Shown in pieces: positions 23,944 through 38,050 of a stretch of 64,000 bases of DNA; the first letter of the stretch is position 1; each line of letters starts with the position of its first letter. The stretch covers positions 30,786,912-30,850,911 of the forward strand of contig NC_092675.1 of the NCBI RefSeq assembly GCF_964355755.1. The letters are read 5' to 3'. Source of the DNA: Antedon mediterranea (taxonomy: Eukaryota; Animalia; Echinodermata). A program made the position numbers and the translations under genes. The notes beneath the pieces are model-generated. The model worked only from the letters and a program-made list of their open reading frames with translations. It made no database searches and had not been told where the DNA came from.

Positions 23944-24627
23944 CCGCCCTCATAAGGGCGGATGTATACATACTAAATAAGACTTGATTTAATAGATATT
24001 ATACATGTCACATTAAATAGAATTATGATAATAGTTTTTGCTATTGTAAACTATTTTATAATACATATTTATTAACAAACTAGTGTACATTCACTTTTAC
24101 AGACAATTATTTACTAACATGCTAAGTTAGTTCACAAAAAAGGCCTAACACAGCAACACCAAAAATCAACAAATCGTTACTCAGCACGGCCTATTCTTTA
24201 CCATTGCCGTGTAATACTCTACGCCCGGTAAATTAAGTATTGTTTTTATGATATAAATTAGTATAAAATACATGTTATTAATAGGACAAAATGTTAAATG
24301 TCATTAACATTTATTTGTTTTACCAGAAACAAGTTAAATATAGGAATATTATTAAACTATCCTTCGTGAAAACGCGTAAACACCAACACGCCCGGTCACG
24401 CTATCGTAGCGCCCGGTTGATAAAGCAAACTGTTTATACGGCAGTTTTTACTAAATAAATTGCATAAAACGAACAATTAAATATCCAAATAGTATTTAAC
24501 ATGATGTTGGCATGTAGTTGATAACATTTTTTATCATGAAAATACTACCGGTGGTCTAGCCTTTGATTATTGAAACCGTCACAAAAAGTTGTATACATCC
24601 CAGATACATCCACACTTATGGCGGCGC
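23944..24627. mobile_element. Degenerate inverted-repeat element (old MITE-like)
   Basis: cgccctcataagggcggatgta versus the inverted tacatccacacttatggcggcg, with further decayed internal inverted segments. No clear TSD. Confidence 0.4.
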
Positions 24628-26039
24628 CCTACCACATGGACAATATTACTGTTACAGGGAAAATCGCGGATTACTCATTCTTGTGATATATATTCTTTGC
24701 TAAGAGTACTAGCTAGCTGGAACTGTGGGTTTACCGCGCGCTGTGTGTGTCTGCTGGTGGTACGATGTGCAGTGTGTAAACCCACAACACAGTCTACTCT
24801 CAGTTCACAGTGCTACTACTACTATATGCTGTGACTACTAATTATTTATAGGGTAGGCATACAGACTGTAGTACTAGGCTAGGGCTAGTAGTAGGCTAGT
24901 TAGCTGTGCACAATTTAGAAATTGTGAAAGGATTTCCTTGCGCAATTTGAATCAAAATACTCAATTTAAATTGTGCAGAAATTTCTAAAAATGCACAACG
25001 CCACAAAGTTTTTCAGTATTTGTTTCATAGAATTAAAACCAAAGCTTGATAACCTTTACTTATATTATTAAGGTATAAATAAAATATTGTACATCACTGA
25101 TGAATAATAATATAATATTTATTTATTAATGATTTAACATAATAAAATAGTGATGAAAATAATGCTGTAGCTATAATAATAATAGTAATTCCAGACTGTT
25201 GTAGGCCTAGTAGTAAAGCCCCTGGTCACTAACAATTTTGTTTTATTTGGTCTAATTATTTTGCAACATCTTATCACTGTTGATTAGTTTGCTAATTTAC
25301 TGTACAGCACACTGTATAGCCCTCTAGTCTTATCACAGTTCACTGTTTGTACCACTCTTAAATCAGATCAAGGTCCATATACATGTGTACATTAAAGTAG
25401 TAAGTAGTATAGTACTTCAAATCAGGAAAATCTATTATACAGGGTGTGTAGCACCAGGTACAGAGATAAGGTTGGACAAGTGAAGGCTTATTGCAGAGAA
25501 TAGCCTTGCGTTACATACTGTTCAGTGGTAATTACCGTAGAAAATCCAAAATTAGTACAGTAATTCCTTTAAACATCATCTATTTCTATCAGTTTTTATT
25601 CAGTACTACACTACTTGTATTAGTTCCTGTTTTTGCCATTATATTATTTCATTTTAGTATCAAAAACTTTATAAACATTTTGCAATGTGGCAAGTACTGT
25701 AGCATGTTTTTTTTATTAAAAAAGTTATGAATGCAAACAACATTCAAGTTTTCTCTTTAGTCTCATAAATTTCCTTCAAAGTTTATTTGAGGCCCATCAG
25801 AGACTTTAGCTTTCATTGTTTGTAGGATCAAAGTGTCAGTGACATTTAATTGCATTTTCACTCACCTGATGCAGTAATTGTTTATTATCGATAACAGATT
25901 CAAGATTTTTAGAGTAATATTAGTACTGTATATGTTCATTTTCTTTCATCTTTGATGACTGTTGTAGGAAATATGTTTATAAAACACCAAACAGAAATAT
26001 TCATTTACATATTTAATATCTTTCTGATATTTTTTTTTA

Positions 26040-26578
26040 TTTATTTTTTTTTTTATTTCATCATCACCCTACAGTGACCAAACGTCAACATTAACAGGGT
26101 TGAAAGTCGTAAAATATAACATATTATATACAAGCAAAAATCAACAGATAACAAGACAACATTTAAATATTACTGACATTAGACAAAACCTTGTGACGGA
26201 AACAAGCAAGGGAATAAAAAAAAATATCAACAGATCCATCAATTTTACATAGTGAGTGGTATAACTTAGGCAAACGATTAACAAAACCATTTTTAGTAAT
26301 ATTTACCCTCCCTCTTGATATAGAAAATAAAGCAGGATTACGCAATTGATATTGTGGAACAGAAATAGGAAAGTACACTTCAAAATTACCATGGAAAATA
26401 GAGTTCACAGCCTTAAAAAGAAAAATTAAATCAAATAACTTACGCCTACCCGCTAAATTAATAAGAACGTCTTTGCTAATAGAACCAAATTTACGCACAT
26501 AAAATCGACAAAACTTGTTCAAAACTTGCATTAGAATGCAATGCTACTATTGAAAGGTGTCTGTCTATCAACAGATAC
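26040..26578 (-). mobile_element. 5'-truncated CR1/L2-type LINE remnant (post-RT C-terminus plus 3' UTR)
   Basis: ORF 26163-26531 (LAGRRKLFDLIFLFKAVN...NGFVNRLPKLYHSL...DIF) matches the C-terminal pattern of CR1-type ORF2; 3' hairpin and A-rich tail at ~26040-26100. Confidence 0.75.
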
Positions 26579-26718
26579 TGTACATACAATTGTACATTTG
26601 TACATACAATTGTACATTTGTACATACAATTGTACATTTGTACATACAATTGTACAATTGTACATACAATTGTACATTTGTACATACAATTGTACATTTG
26701 TACATACAATTGTACATT
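26579..26718. repeat. 20-bp tandem repeat, 7 copies
   Basis: Unit tgtacatacaattgtacatt. Confidence 0.95.
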
Positions 26719-28314
26719 TCTTTATATCACAAATCTTACAATTTGACATCTGGATGATATGACACAGTATGTTGAGTACCTACCACAACATGTTTCACTG
26801 CAGTGACATTTATAACATCTGGGTGACCTTCACCTTGTTTACATTGCTTTTAGACTTTTATAAACTTTACACAGTTAGGAACACCCACAAGGTAGTATAG
26901 TATAGGGTCTGTTTCTGCTGCATAGCGCTGCCGAATAAACCGTTTATTTAGATCGATCGCATTTCTGTAATTTTATAGCATGTTAAAATTTAAGCATGTG
27001 GTACACTACAGAATTATTAAATTGACACTTTTAATTTATTTTACTCAGTTAGCTATCTTTGAGCTTTATCAATATTCTTCACTTTACAGTTTAATTCAAT
27101 GACATTTAAAGACTAGCTTGTTGTATTACAGTTTTATTCTTTGTATCTGTCTTCTGCATATTGTTGTAGTAGTCCTATAAAAGGTCAGCAGTTGTAAGAA
27201 AGACACTAGACTAGTTTTGTGTGTCAAGCTATGGATTAATTCTTCATGGTCAAACTAAGAACTGTACTCAACTGTTGAGTTGAACTTAATCTTCAATGCA
27301 TTTAACAAATGTACAGTAATCAATAGTTTTACATCGAAATTTACGCTACCAAACTAGATTTTGCTAGGATAGGAGATTTTCATAATTTTTGCTACCGTAG
27401 TTGAAATGTCAAAACTATTAATTAACTAATTTAAATTAATTTACCACACATTTGATAGTTAGATTTTGTACAACTCAATGGTTTGGTTTGCAATGCCCTG
27501 TTTTATACAATAAATTGTTGTGTTGATACCATTTGCTTCAACATTCAATCATCTTTATTTCCTTATTTCTAATAAATGTTCTGATTTAAAAATAAAGCAT
27601 TTTATTCTATTAATATCCTTTCAAAACCTAAACAACCAACTTTCTGTAGTTTTGATAAAAACTGATTTGATGTTATTTTCGATTTTATAAATGTTACTAC
27701 AGTACTATACTTCCTGTTACAAGTATTACAAGGACTTAATTTCTAGACTATACAGTAGTCTACGCACCATATGCTCAATGCACTTACAGCTTAGAGAATT
27801 TTCTAAATTGTTATAATATATCTATTTATTTGTACCTGAAGCAACAAAGATTGATAACTATACAAAAAGCATCATTACAGAGTATGTATCATTTTTAATT
27901 TTTTAAGATTGTACAGAAATTAGAATAAAATTGTCTATATGAAGTCTGTTGTTACAATACATATTTATAAATTCAAGACTGATTATTTGACATTTACAGG
28001 TTAAATAGAAAAAAAGCATGACTGATATAAACATTATATTCATACTGTAACTTACAGTGTAAGAATAATAATGACTGTCTCAATCACAACCACCCACTGT
28101 TATACCATTTGGAGTAGAAATGTATTGTTTGTATGGAAATATAACTATTTATTATTATGTATGATTTTATGTTATTTATTTGTATGGTGTCTGATAATCA
28201 CTATTTTCAATAAGCTGTAGTTTTCCTTTTAGTTTGTGTAATTGACCAATTTGTATTTCTTTTATTCCGTTAAACTAGTATCTGTACTTGAAGTGGTATT
28301 GAAGGGCGGTTGCT

Positions 28315-31300
28315 ATGGCACAGAAAGTCAAGAAGGAAGGACCAGAGCGCTTCCATGGAATGGGCATTGACTTCAAAGGCAAGATGATTGGAATTGAGAA
28401 AGTTGATGAAGCTAGAGGGGATAGAATGTGTCAAGAGGCTATGGGAAAACTAAAGGTAACTCTATAAACTGAAAGTATTATATATAGTAGTTGGTGTCAT
28501 TGTTTTAGTTTATATATATTATATTAAAATCTATTTCATGGCCAGCTTACAGTACCTGGATAAACTGGCCTATTGCTCACTGAGAAGAGCACTACAACTT
28601 AAATACATAAATCTTTATTAAACACCCCTATTGGACAGTAGTACATTCCATAGACCATCAACACTTTTATTTACTTGTAGGCAATGGTAAAGGCAGCAGG
28701 TGAACACAAGCAGCGTATTATTGTCAGTATCTCAATAGAAGGGCTCAAAATTATAGATGAAAAAACAGGAGTAAGTTATTACTATTTTATACTATGAATT
28801 GTCTACAAAATGTATAATCTAACTTTATAGGCTACATGTACATACTGGTGTGGAGTATGCAAGTTGTAGGGTATTCCACATATTAAAATTCCGAATTCCA
28901 CCACTGCACACACAAAGAGTACATCACACCAGCTCTATGCTAGCCTCAAGTTGTACACCTTAAGTGAATTGACCACAACTTGACTCAACAACAAGTAGAA
29001 AGTTTGATATGTTTTCTTTTAGAGCATAAATCATCATCATGAAGTACACAAGATATCCTTCATCTCCAGGGATCCAACTGACAACAGAGCATTTGGATAC
29101 ATCTATGGAGAGGCAAATAATCACCAGTTCTTTGGCATTAAAACAGAGAAAGCTGTACGTATATTGTTTGTTTGTTTTCATTTATTTATCTTCCACACAT
29201 TGAACAAAAAAGAACAGATATATATATATATATACTTTAGAAAAGAAAATAAAGATACAAGATCATCATAGAAGGTCGACTGTAATATGAATTAAAGCTT
29301 TAAACAATATATAGTTTACAGTTCTTTATTCTTCAACCAACAGTGCAGTGTCACCAATGACAGTTCACTTCAGAATAACAAAGCTTTATATTTATTTACT
29401 TTATAAAATTATTTTAGATTTATCTCATCTTAGATTTAAGAAAGAACTAAGCAAGGTCATTGATTTTAAGACCAACTGAATTTTATAAAATCGATGCCAA
29501 TTTAGCTTTGACATGTTTGTGTTGTTTCATTATGTAGTCTGAGCATGTGGTATTGGCATTAAAAGACTTGTTCCAGGTTGTATTAGAATTAAAGACTAAA
29601 CAGATGGAGGATCACCAAATGGCATCAGCAGCACCACAACAGACAGTACTGCACCTTAAGCCTAGCTATGATGACCCTTTGTATGAGGTAATCAATTTAA
29701 AACAATCTTTATTTCTGCATGCATTGGTTTATGTGCATGCCTATTCATTCTTTTTGTTGAGAATATTCAGTTTATTTGTATATAATTCTTTACGTTAAAT
29801 CATTCATTAATACGTATGTGTGCAACGTTTCGACTTGTTTTTACTTACTTGTTTGCGGAGCTCAGCATTTGCTGGGTCCAGATTCAACTAGAAAAGTACC
29901 CACTTCAGGGATGTCACCAGCTTTTTGGAGTGCCGGTCGGCAAATTTCCCGGGGGCTGGAGGGGGGAATTATGAAAATAAATAACAACAAATTGCGTCAG
30001 GTCTAGGCCTAACCTTGTACCACCGGGGAGTCGCCGTTATTATTCGCGAAAACAAAAAAACGCTTACGAAATGAATAGCAATAGATCGCGTCAGGCTTAG
30101 GCCTAGCCTTGTAGACACTACGACCACTGGCACTAGGCCTAGCCAAGGCTTAGATAGATTCAAAGTAAAATTTTTAAATTTATATGGAACGGAAAACCCG
30201 ATAAAGTCAAAAGAAAAGTCATACTTAACAATTTTGACGAAGGAGGGTTAAAAATTCCCCATATTAAGAGTTACTGTACATCTCTCAAATCATGTTGGGT
30301 GAAAAGATATCTTGATGGAAATCAATCCAAGTGGAAAGTGTTTTTAAAAAGTAAGATTAAAGAGGTTGGAGGAAATATTGTTTTCGAAACCAACTTTTCT
30401 AAATCTTCAAAAATATTAAAACAATTTGAAAGGTTCCATAAAGATATACTCTCTGCGTGGAGTGAATACAATTTTGTAGAACCGTATACGATAGAGGACA
30501 TCTTAAATCAATCTTTATGGAACAACTCATGTTTTGATAAAAGAGAATTTAAAGTTGAAAAAAATTGGTTGGTTAAAAATGTAAACTATGTAAAAGATAT
30601 CGTGAACAAAGAAGGGAAAATATTAGAACTAGACGAATTTAACCAAAAATATAATTTTAAACCAGACTTCTTATTATATCACCAGATTGTAAATTCAATT
30701 CCAAAGCTCTGGAAACAGAAATTAATTGAACAAGGTATAAACACAACTAATGAAGTTGAATCCAAATTACAGACATTCATTTTTGTGAAAACGAGAAATT
30801 GTCATTATGTCTATAAACACATTATATTAAAAAATGTTGAAGAGCCAATTGGAATTGAATCCAAATGGGAAAAGGAGTTTGACAACAAACTTAATTGGAA
30901 AAACCTTTTCTCAAATTTACACGCCTGTACAAATGACACTAAGCTAAAAAATGTTCAATTTAAATTTATTCATCGTATAATTTATACAAATACAATGCTC
31001 TTTAAGATGTCAAAGGTCGATTCACCAATGTGTAGTTTTTGCAAGGAAAAGCAGGAAACACTGCTACATATGTTCTTTGAATGTGATCTGGTAAAGAACA
31101 TTTGGGAAAATGTAAAACAATATATGTATCGAAATATCAACAATAACTTAATTATCACCAAAGAAAGTATATGTTTTGGTTTTGGAAAAACACACAGTGA
31201 TGCAAACATTTTAATTTTAATTACAAAGTGGTACATATTTAGTTGCAAAATCAAAAAACAATTACTTAATTATAATCATTTATTTCACATTTACCAAAAA

Positions 31301-34300
31301 TACAAGGCAACCATATTATTAGCAAAATGATTATTATTAAGTGTATTTTTGCGATACATTATTTTTTTTTTCTTTAATTTCATTACTCTCTTATTTTTGA
31401 GAGAGTATTATTATATCGTTTTAATAGTTACGTTGCCTTTATATATTAATTTTGTATTATGTAAGTGATGAAATGAAATAAAAAAAAAAAAAAAAAAAAA
31501 AAAAAAGGCTTAGATAGATGCCCCAAAATCTGAATTCCACAAAAACAGGCGCTTCCTTATTTAGGCCTAATCCCTAATCAAATACTGTAGATAAATTATT
31601 AGCCTAGACCTTACTACTTGTTGCTCGATATAATGTTCGTGTTCTTTTGCGCGAGAGTTTTTTAGCGAATTCCGGATTTTTTGTTTCACAACTGTGCGGC
31701 AAGCATGTAGTGCATGGCCGGCAAGAACAGACACGTGTTTATGGGTTAACTGAAGTTCAGCAACCTGAAGTTATCCCAGGGACGTGTAATTATTGTACCA
31801 TGCTCGGCGATCATAAACGAACGAACTTGCCCGGTCTCACTGAACCATGCGCATGTTTTTTTATTTTCTTTAATAGTTCGTAGAGTACAAAAATGTAAAA
31901 CTAGTAACATAATATAATTAAAGCAGGGTGACAAAACATTCAGCATTTAAAAATGATTTTGTTTGGGTCTATGTAGTTGTACATTTTTAATTACTGCGTA
32001 CTTGTTTGTATTTTTAATCTGTGCAAAATAAAACGCTTGAATGGTCGCTATGTGAACTTTAAACTTGTACACTGTGCTGTGTAGCACGTTGTTCGCCATG
32101 ACTCACAAGCTGTAACAATGAATACCAGGGCAGGGTAGGCCTGGTATTGTGTTACAAATAAAGTAACGTACGTAACACGGAAACATTTGCTGTAGTCTTT
32201 TGTCTTATCTATATGAGGCTAGCTTGACGATGTGCTAGGTAAAATGTTTTAGTACGAATTTTAGTTAGGCCTAGGCCTAATATAAATATCGTAATAATTA
32301 ATAAATAATAGTGGTGGTCGACAGCCTGTAAATCCTGGTCGGAAATGTTGAGTGCTGGTCGGGGCCAACCAGCGCCGACCAGCGTGGTGACATCCCTGCA
32401 CTTATATTCTGTATTTTGAGTGTTGAGATTGTTTTTAACGAACAAGCTTGCGTTGTTAATGTTTTTATTCAAATTATTTTCTTTTGAGAACTATCCGTTT
32501 ACATTTGAATACAAAAAAGTACTCAACAAATCTTTATGTTGACTACAAAAGTTTCGAATCGAATATGACAATTGTCTATTTCATGTTGCATATTAAAAAG
32601 GTTCCGATTGGACAAGAAAAGACTGACACGCAAGAGAATGGTGTGATAGTATCTGAAGCGCCTGTAGTACAACAAGAAGATGTCAACGCATTGTATGCCG
32701 TACCAAACAAATCACATGATCAAACGGCAGCACCATCTAATAATTTACTAGATCTAGCTCAAGAAGTCAAAACCCTGCAACTGGTAATAATTTAACCTCT
32801 GTAATAGTAATTCTTGATTTATATACTGTAGTGACATATTCACCCTAAAAGAATGGCACCCAGGGATTTGCTCTGTTGTTATTGCATTATGTTTTATTTT
32901 GTATATGTTTATTGTTATTTTCTTGTTTATGAAATAAAGAAAAAGAAAACCATGAAAAATGCATCCCAAATAATTTAGCTGTTTAAATTATATAATTAGA
33001 CAAAATCATTAAATATTGATAAAACTACTTTTTAACAGGGCATACATGATATGGATCAGTTCTCGTTTGACCCAGTAACCGAGGGCAACCAGAACAAGAT
33101 ACCAGATTCATCCAATAGTAAGTCTCCAAATCCATTCCAGATGTCAAACTCGTGGAGTACTGATCCTTTCAACGCACCAGAGCCAGCACCAACACAGGAT
33201 AAACAGACATCAAACTTTGGAACAGCTTTTGGAGACCCCTTTGTGGTACCTACTGTAAGTAATAATCACTAAAGTACTCAATTCTAATGCAAAACATTTT
33301 GAGCCATCCCTAGTACTATCATTCACATTTTTTCAGCAATATATATAAATATTTACATTCTTACAATATTGCAGGGATCTTACAGAGACAAGTCTGTAGT
33401 TGTTCGTAGATCCTTTGAACAAAAAAGAATATCAATGAAATAAAGTATAAGTTTTAGGTACAAGTTAGGGAAAAAAGTATACATACATATATATATATAT
33501 ATAAACACAACAGGCAAAGAACATTAATTCTAAACCGCCCGGTGATATACTGAAATTTAATTAATTAATTTGAAACGATAAAGATGAGGAAATCTGTGAG
33601 AATGAGAAAAAGTATATAATATAAAACAACACACTTCTAAAACAGAATACCATGATAATGTTTTATTGATTTTTTTACTGAAATAATCTTATAAATATTT
33701 TGTCCACAGAACACATCATCCCAAAGCAGTTCGGCCAATCTCTTTGCAGAATTCTCAGACACATTTATTCCACAAGCTGCTACAACAGCACCCTCAAACA
33801 CTGCCAATCCATTTGGAAACACTTTTAACAGCGCAGCATTTGGAAACACTTCTACAAATACTTTCAATTCCACAAGCCCCTTTAGCACCCCTGCAAGCAA
33901 TGCTTTTGGTAGTGCTACATTTGGGGCACCCACAAACAACACCTTCCAATCTAATATGTCTCAAGCTCCTGCCATGCAAAAGCCTTCCGATCCATTTGGT
34001 GACCCTTTCATGTTTGGCGGTCCACTATCTGCCAGTAGTGGACAAGGAGCAATTGGTCAACCTCTTGCGCCAACAGCGGTACCAACATCGGAATCGAATA
34101 TGAAATCGGACCCATTCGGTGACCTTGGCTTAATAAACAGTTCGTCGTCAAAATCAGGAAAGGACATGTTTGCCAATTTCCAGATGGCAAAGCCTGGAGA
34201 GGTAGCAATGCCTGACATAAAACCTGTAGGAATTCCTGACAGACCACCACCAGATGTGCCAACTGATGGTAAATTACACTCAATATTTAATTCCAATGAA

Positions 34301-35305
34301 CAGGAAGACAGTACTGATGATTTTAATTTGCCCCCTCCTCAGGTTCCACCACCAACTCTTCCTCCAAGTTTTAAAACATTTGATGAGTCAAATGAAGTTC
34401 CGCCCCCGCCACCTCCTAGGCCTCGACATTCGTCATCAAACACGGTTTCTATTCCAAGTAGACCGGACAGACTTAATAGCTTTGAAAATCTGAACTCAAA
34501 TCACACTAGTAGCTTATCGCCTTCAACAGATTTATTTTCAAAGCAACAATTTTCATTGCCTGTTAATTGGACAAGTGACTCTTTACAGAAACAATTTGAT
34601 AATAAGACATTAGAAGGAAGTTCACATTCTGCCAGTAATTTAGACTCTTCATCAAATATATCAGTTCATGATCAACAAGTATTTGATCCTTTTAACCTTC
34701 ATTCTAACAAAGACAGTACACCAGCCTGGTCAATACCATCCAGTACACCAGCCTGGTCAATACCATCTCATAACATTTCAACTACTAACCCATCAATGTC
34801 ATCATCGCCGCATGCCAGCAGCTTAACTTCTCAATTTTTACAGAAGCCATTACTTCCAAACGGCATTCTTTCTTCATCCTTGCCAACAAACGAAAGAGTA
34901 CATATGAAAATGAGCTCTTCAAAATCGACATCAAGTCTTCAAACTAAGGCAGCATCATTGCCAGTTCATGAGGATCCTTTTGCGGATGATCCGTTTACTA
35001 TCAACATTAAGTCATCTCGCGCATCATCTATGTCGTCTTGTAAACCATCTGTGTCATCTTGTACTCCATCTGTGTCATCTCGCGCATCATCTATGTCGTC
35101 TTGTACACCATCTATGTTACCATCATCTATGTTATCTTCATCATCTCATGCTACTACTGTTGTTCCACCACCATCACGTCCATCACAATCTCAAAGTTCT
35201 GTTAATAATGGAAAGACTCCTATTGTAGGTGCTGGCACTGCTAAGAAGTCTGGATTAACAACTTCTGATGGACTCTCTCTCTTTGATGACTCTTCATTTG
35301 GATAA
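28315..35305 (+). CDS. Dab: Disabled homologue (DAB1/DAB2-like PTB-domain endocytic adaptor), 7 coding exons
   Basis: Exons approx. 28315-28455, 28681-28770, 29023-29154, 29538-29687, 32601-32783, 33039-33254 and 33710-35305. PTB peptides [78 protein letters not shown] and LKDLFQVV; YEVP and YAVP motifs; many DPF/NPF motifs. Confidence 0.93.
29906..32398. mobile_element. Non-autonomous DNA transposon with CAGGG termini and a 5-bp TSD (hAT5-like), carrying a nested L1/Tx1 insertion
   Basis: Perfect 14-bp TIR cagggatgtcacca / tggtgacatccctg; cactt on both sides at 29901-29905 and 32399-32403. Confidence 0.8.
30160..31506 (+). mobile_element. 5'-truncated L1/Tx1 retrotransposon (ORF2 C-terminus with zf-RVT), with poly(A) tail and TSD
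   Basis: Open frame from the 5' junction ([14 protein letters not shown]...EGGLKIP...[18 protein letters not shown]) to the stop at 31330; ~27-nt poly(A); TSD aaggcttagatagat at 30145-30159 and 31505-31519. Confidence 0.95.
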
Positions 35306-35497
35306 GAAGTTAAGGTCAGTTTATTGTGTGTGTCATGTGCCTAAGTCACTTAAAAAGGGACCATATCAACATTATTCTACTGCAGTTACTACTTTTTGTT
35401 TACTTATTACCTGTTCATGCAATATATGTAGCAATTTATCAGTTTATTGCAGTCACTGACTCACAAACTAAAATCATATGATATTGTAATGAAGAAA

Positions 35498-35895
35498 ATG
35501 CAGCTACTACAGTAGACTAATGCAGCTACTGCAGTAGACTAATGCAGCTACTGCAGTAGAATAATGCAGCTACTGCAGTAGAATAATGCAGCTACTGCAG
35601 TAGACTAATGCAGCTACTGCAGTAGACTAATGCAGCTACTGCAGTAGAATAATGCAGCTACTGCAGTAGAATAATGCAGCTACTGCAGTATACTATTGCA
35701 GCTACTGCAGTAGACTATTGCAGCTACTGCAGTAGACTATTGCAGCTACTGCAGTAGACTATTGCAGCTACTGCAGTAGACTATTGCAGCTACTGCAGTA
35801 GACTATTGCAGCTACTGCAGTAGACTAATGCAGCTACTGCAGTAGACTATTGCAGCTACTGCAGTAGACTATTGCAGCTACTGCAGTAGACTAAT
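35498..35895. repeat. 22-bp minisatellite, ~18 copies, downstream of the Dab stop
   Basis: Unit aatgcagctactgcagtagact, containing the palindrome ctactgcagtag. Confidence 0.97.
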
Positions 35896-36980
35896 GTTGG
35901 CATGATCCCTAATCCATAATATCCTAATTTGAATGTTTATGTAAATAAATCAGATTATATTGTAAAATAAATTCTTAAATACTGTAGTATTAAATAGTAT
36001 TCATCTAGTGTTTTTTTATGTAATTTGTAAATTGCCAGATTGCAAAAGTTGAAATTAATTGCCAAAAAGGTAATGAAATTATTTTAAACTTTTTAACGAA
36101 ATATCACATTGTGAATACTAAATTAATACTTATTTATTGTGTCTTATTGTGATCTTTTCAGTGTGTTGTTGTTAAGAGGTGCTGAGATGGTGATTGTACA
36201 GGATAAAACCTTCCACATAACAAATTGCGAACACTGATTGAATGTGATTTATATAACATTTTACATTAAGATTACATTTATAGAAATTACATGATGTTAT
36301 CTGAAACTAATTTTTACATTTTATTAAAGAAAAAAATGATATTTTAAGAAGTTTTATTACCTTTGTATTTAAGAAAATGACATTTTATGCAACTTTATTG
36401 GAAATCTAATAGAATGTGTGCTAATATGTCTTGCCTGAAGTGGAATGAATTATATTTTAATACTGTGTTTACAATATGTTATGATATCTATATGTTTGGT
36501 ATCTGAATCTACTGTTTATAGACTATCATTTATTATTAACATCTATATGAATGTTTATATAATGATGCCATTTTGATTATATTAAATTATTAAGAAATAA
36601 TATTTTGATTTATAAATTATATATATTGATATTTTTATTTTGTGATATATACTACAGTATGACATAGATTTTTAAATAATATATTAATTCATATTGTATA
36701 ACTTTGCATATATATTAATTCATATTGTATAACTTTGCATGAGGCAAAAAAGAAAATCAAGCATACAACAGCAATAAAATAAGAAAATACAAAAATGTGT
36801 TAGAAATATGCAAATTAAATTTATTTTAATCTACATTTGTTCATTAAATAAAACAAAATGATATAATTATGTAAATATTTACTTTTATTTCCCAAAAGAC
36901 AACATTGACTTTTTACCTGGCATCATTGCCTTTTCCAAAGATAAACAGTCAATAACAAATTGTCATCTACCCGTCATCAC

Positions 36981-37185
36981 AAATGACGCCACTATGTTGT
37001 TTTTACGATGTGACGCCACCATGTTGTCTCTGTGATGTGACGCCACCATGTTGTCTCTGATGTGATGCCACCAGTTTGTTTTTACGATGTGACGCAAGTC
37101 CATGTTATTTTTTTGATGTGACGCCACCATGTTGTCTTTCTGATGTAATGCCACCATGTTGTTTCTGCGATGTGACGCCACCATG
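36981..37185. repeat. Degenerate ~25-26-bp tandem repeat, ~8 copies
   Basis: Consensus atgtgacgccaccatgttgtYtYtNcg. Confidence 0.85.
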
Positions 37186-37788
37186 ATTTGATTGTTTTTA
37201 ATGCTAGAGGCCAACTAATGTTCCTAAATCTAATTAAAATGGTGCACCTTAAACCATGCCAAATATATAACATGTATCATAATAAACGCATGCATATTTT
37301 TATTTAGTGATATATAAAAGTATTTTATTTTATTTTGAGTAGAAAAATATACTGATCACAAAATAATATGGGCAATAATATCAAATGTATGAATTGAAAA
37401 TCAAAATAAACTATGGGCCCTGGTAGGTCCTATGCAAGTACTAATTGGTTTTGGGGGTTTTTGTTGCATGATACAGTTTAGTAGTACCTGACGGACATCC
37501 GATATCGACACTCTTTAGAAATTTAAATCAATGTCATACAACATATACATATAAAACTGATACAACATTTCAAATATTTTGCTCAATTTTACTGTTTACA
37601 TTTATTAAAAATATAATTTGAGGTAGGGTTGCAGTCTTACAGTTGAGATAGTATACAGCTTTAAAATACATTAGCACTGTACATTTTTTAATAAATCCAA
37701 AAACAAAATATTTAAAATAATTTTAATTGAGTAAAAAGAAGAGGAAAACCAAAATATAAAAGTACAACAACGTGAGAGAAATGTCAAG

Positions 37789-37901
37789 AAAAAAATGCTG
37801 TTATGTTGGTGATGAGTACTGAAAGGCATCGGTACCGGTAATACAAAAATGCTGTTATGTTGGTGATGAGTACTGAAAGGCATCGGTACCGGTAATACAA
37901 A
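37789..37901. repeat. Tandem duplication of ~55 bp (2 copies)
   Basis: aaaaatgctgttatgttggtgatgagtactgaaaggcatcggtaccggtaatac repeated. Confidence 0.9.
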
Positions 37902-38050
37902 TATAGAAGCTATGTTATTTCTTATGACCATTTACATAAAACATGGAGTAGACGGGCGGTTTTCTGCTCAGGATAAATAACGATTCTATGTGGGACAAGC
38001 TACAGTACATGGTTTTCTGCTTACCATTCTTGCTCGTCTGTAAATTGGCC

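Noticed and set aside
26491-26762. Cys/Tyr-rich repetitive ORFs on both strands
   Set aside because: Translations of the 20-bp tandem repeat.
29822-29870. Another hammerhead (GAAACGTT with CTGAG on the minus strand)
   Set aside because: The core reads CUGAGCU, not CUGANGA. The region appears to belong to a dispersed repeat also seen near 47720.
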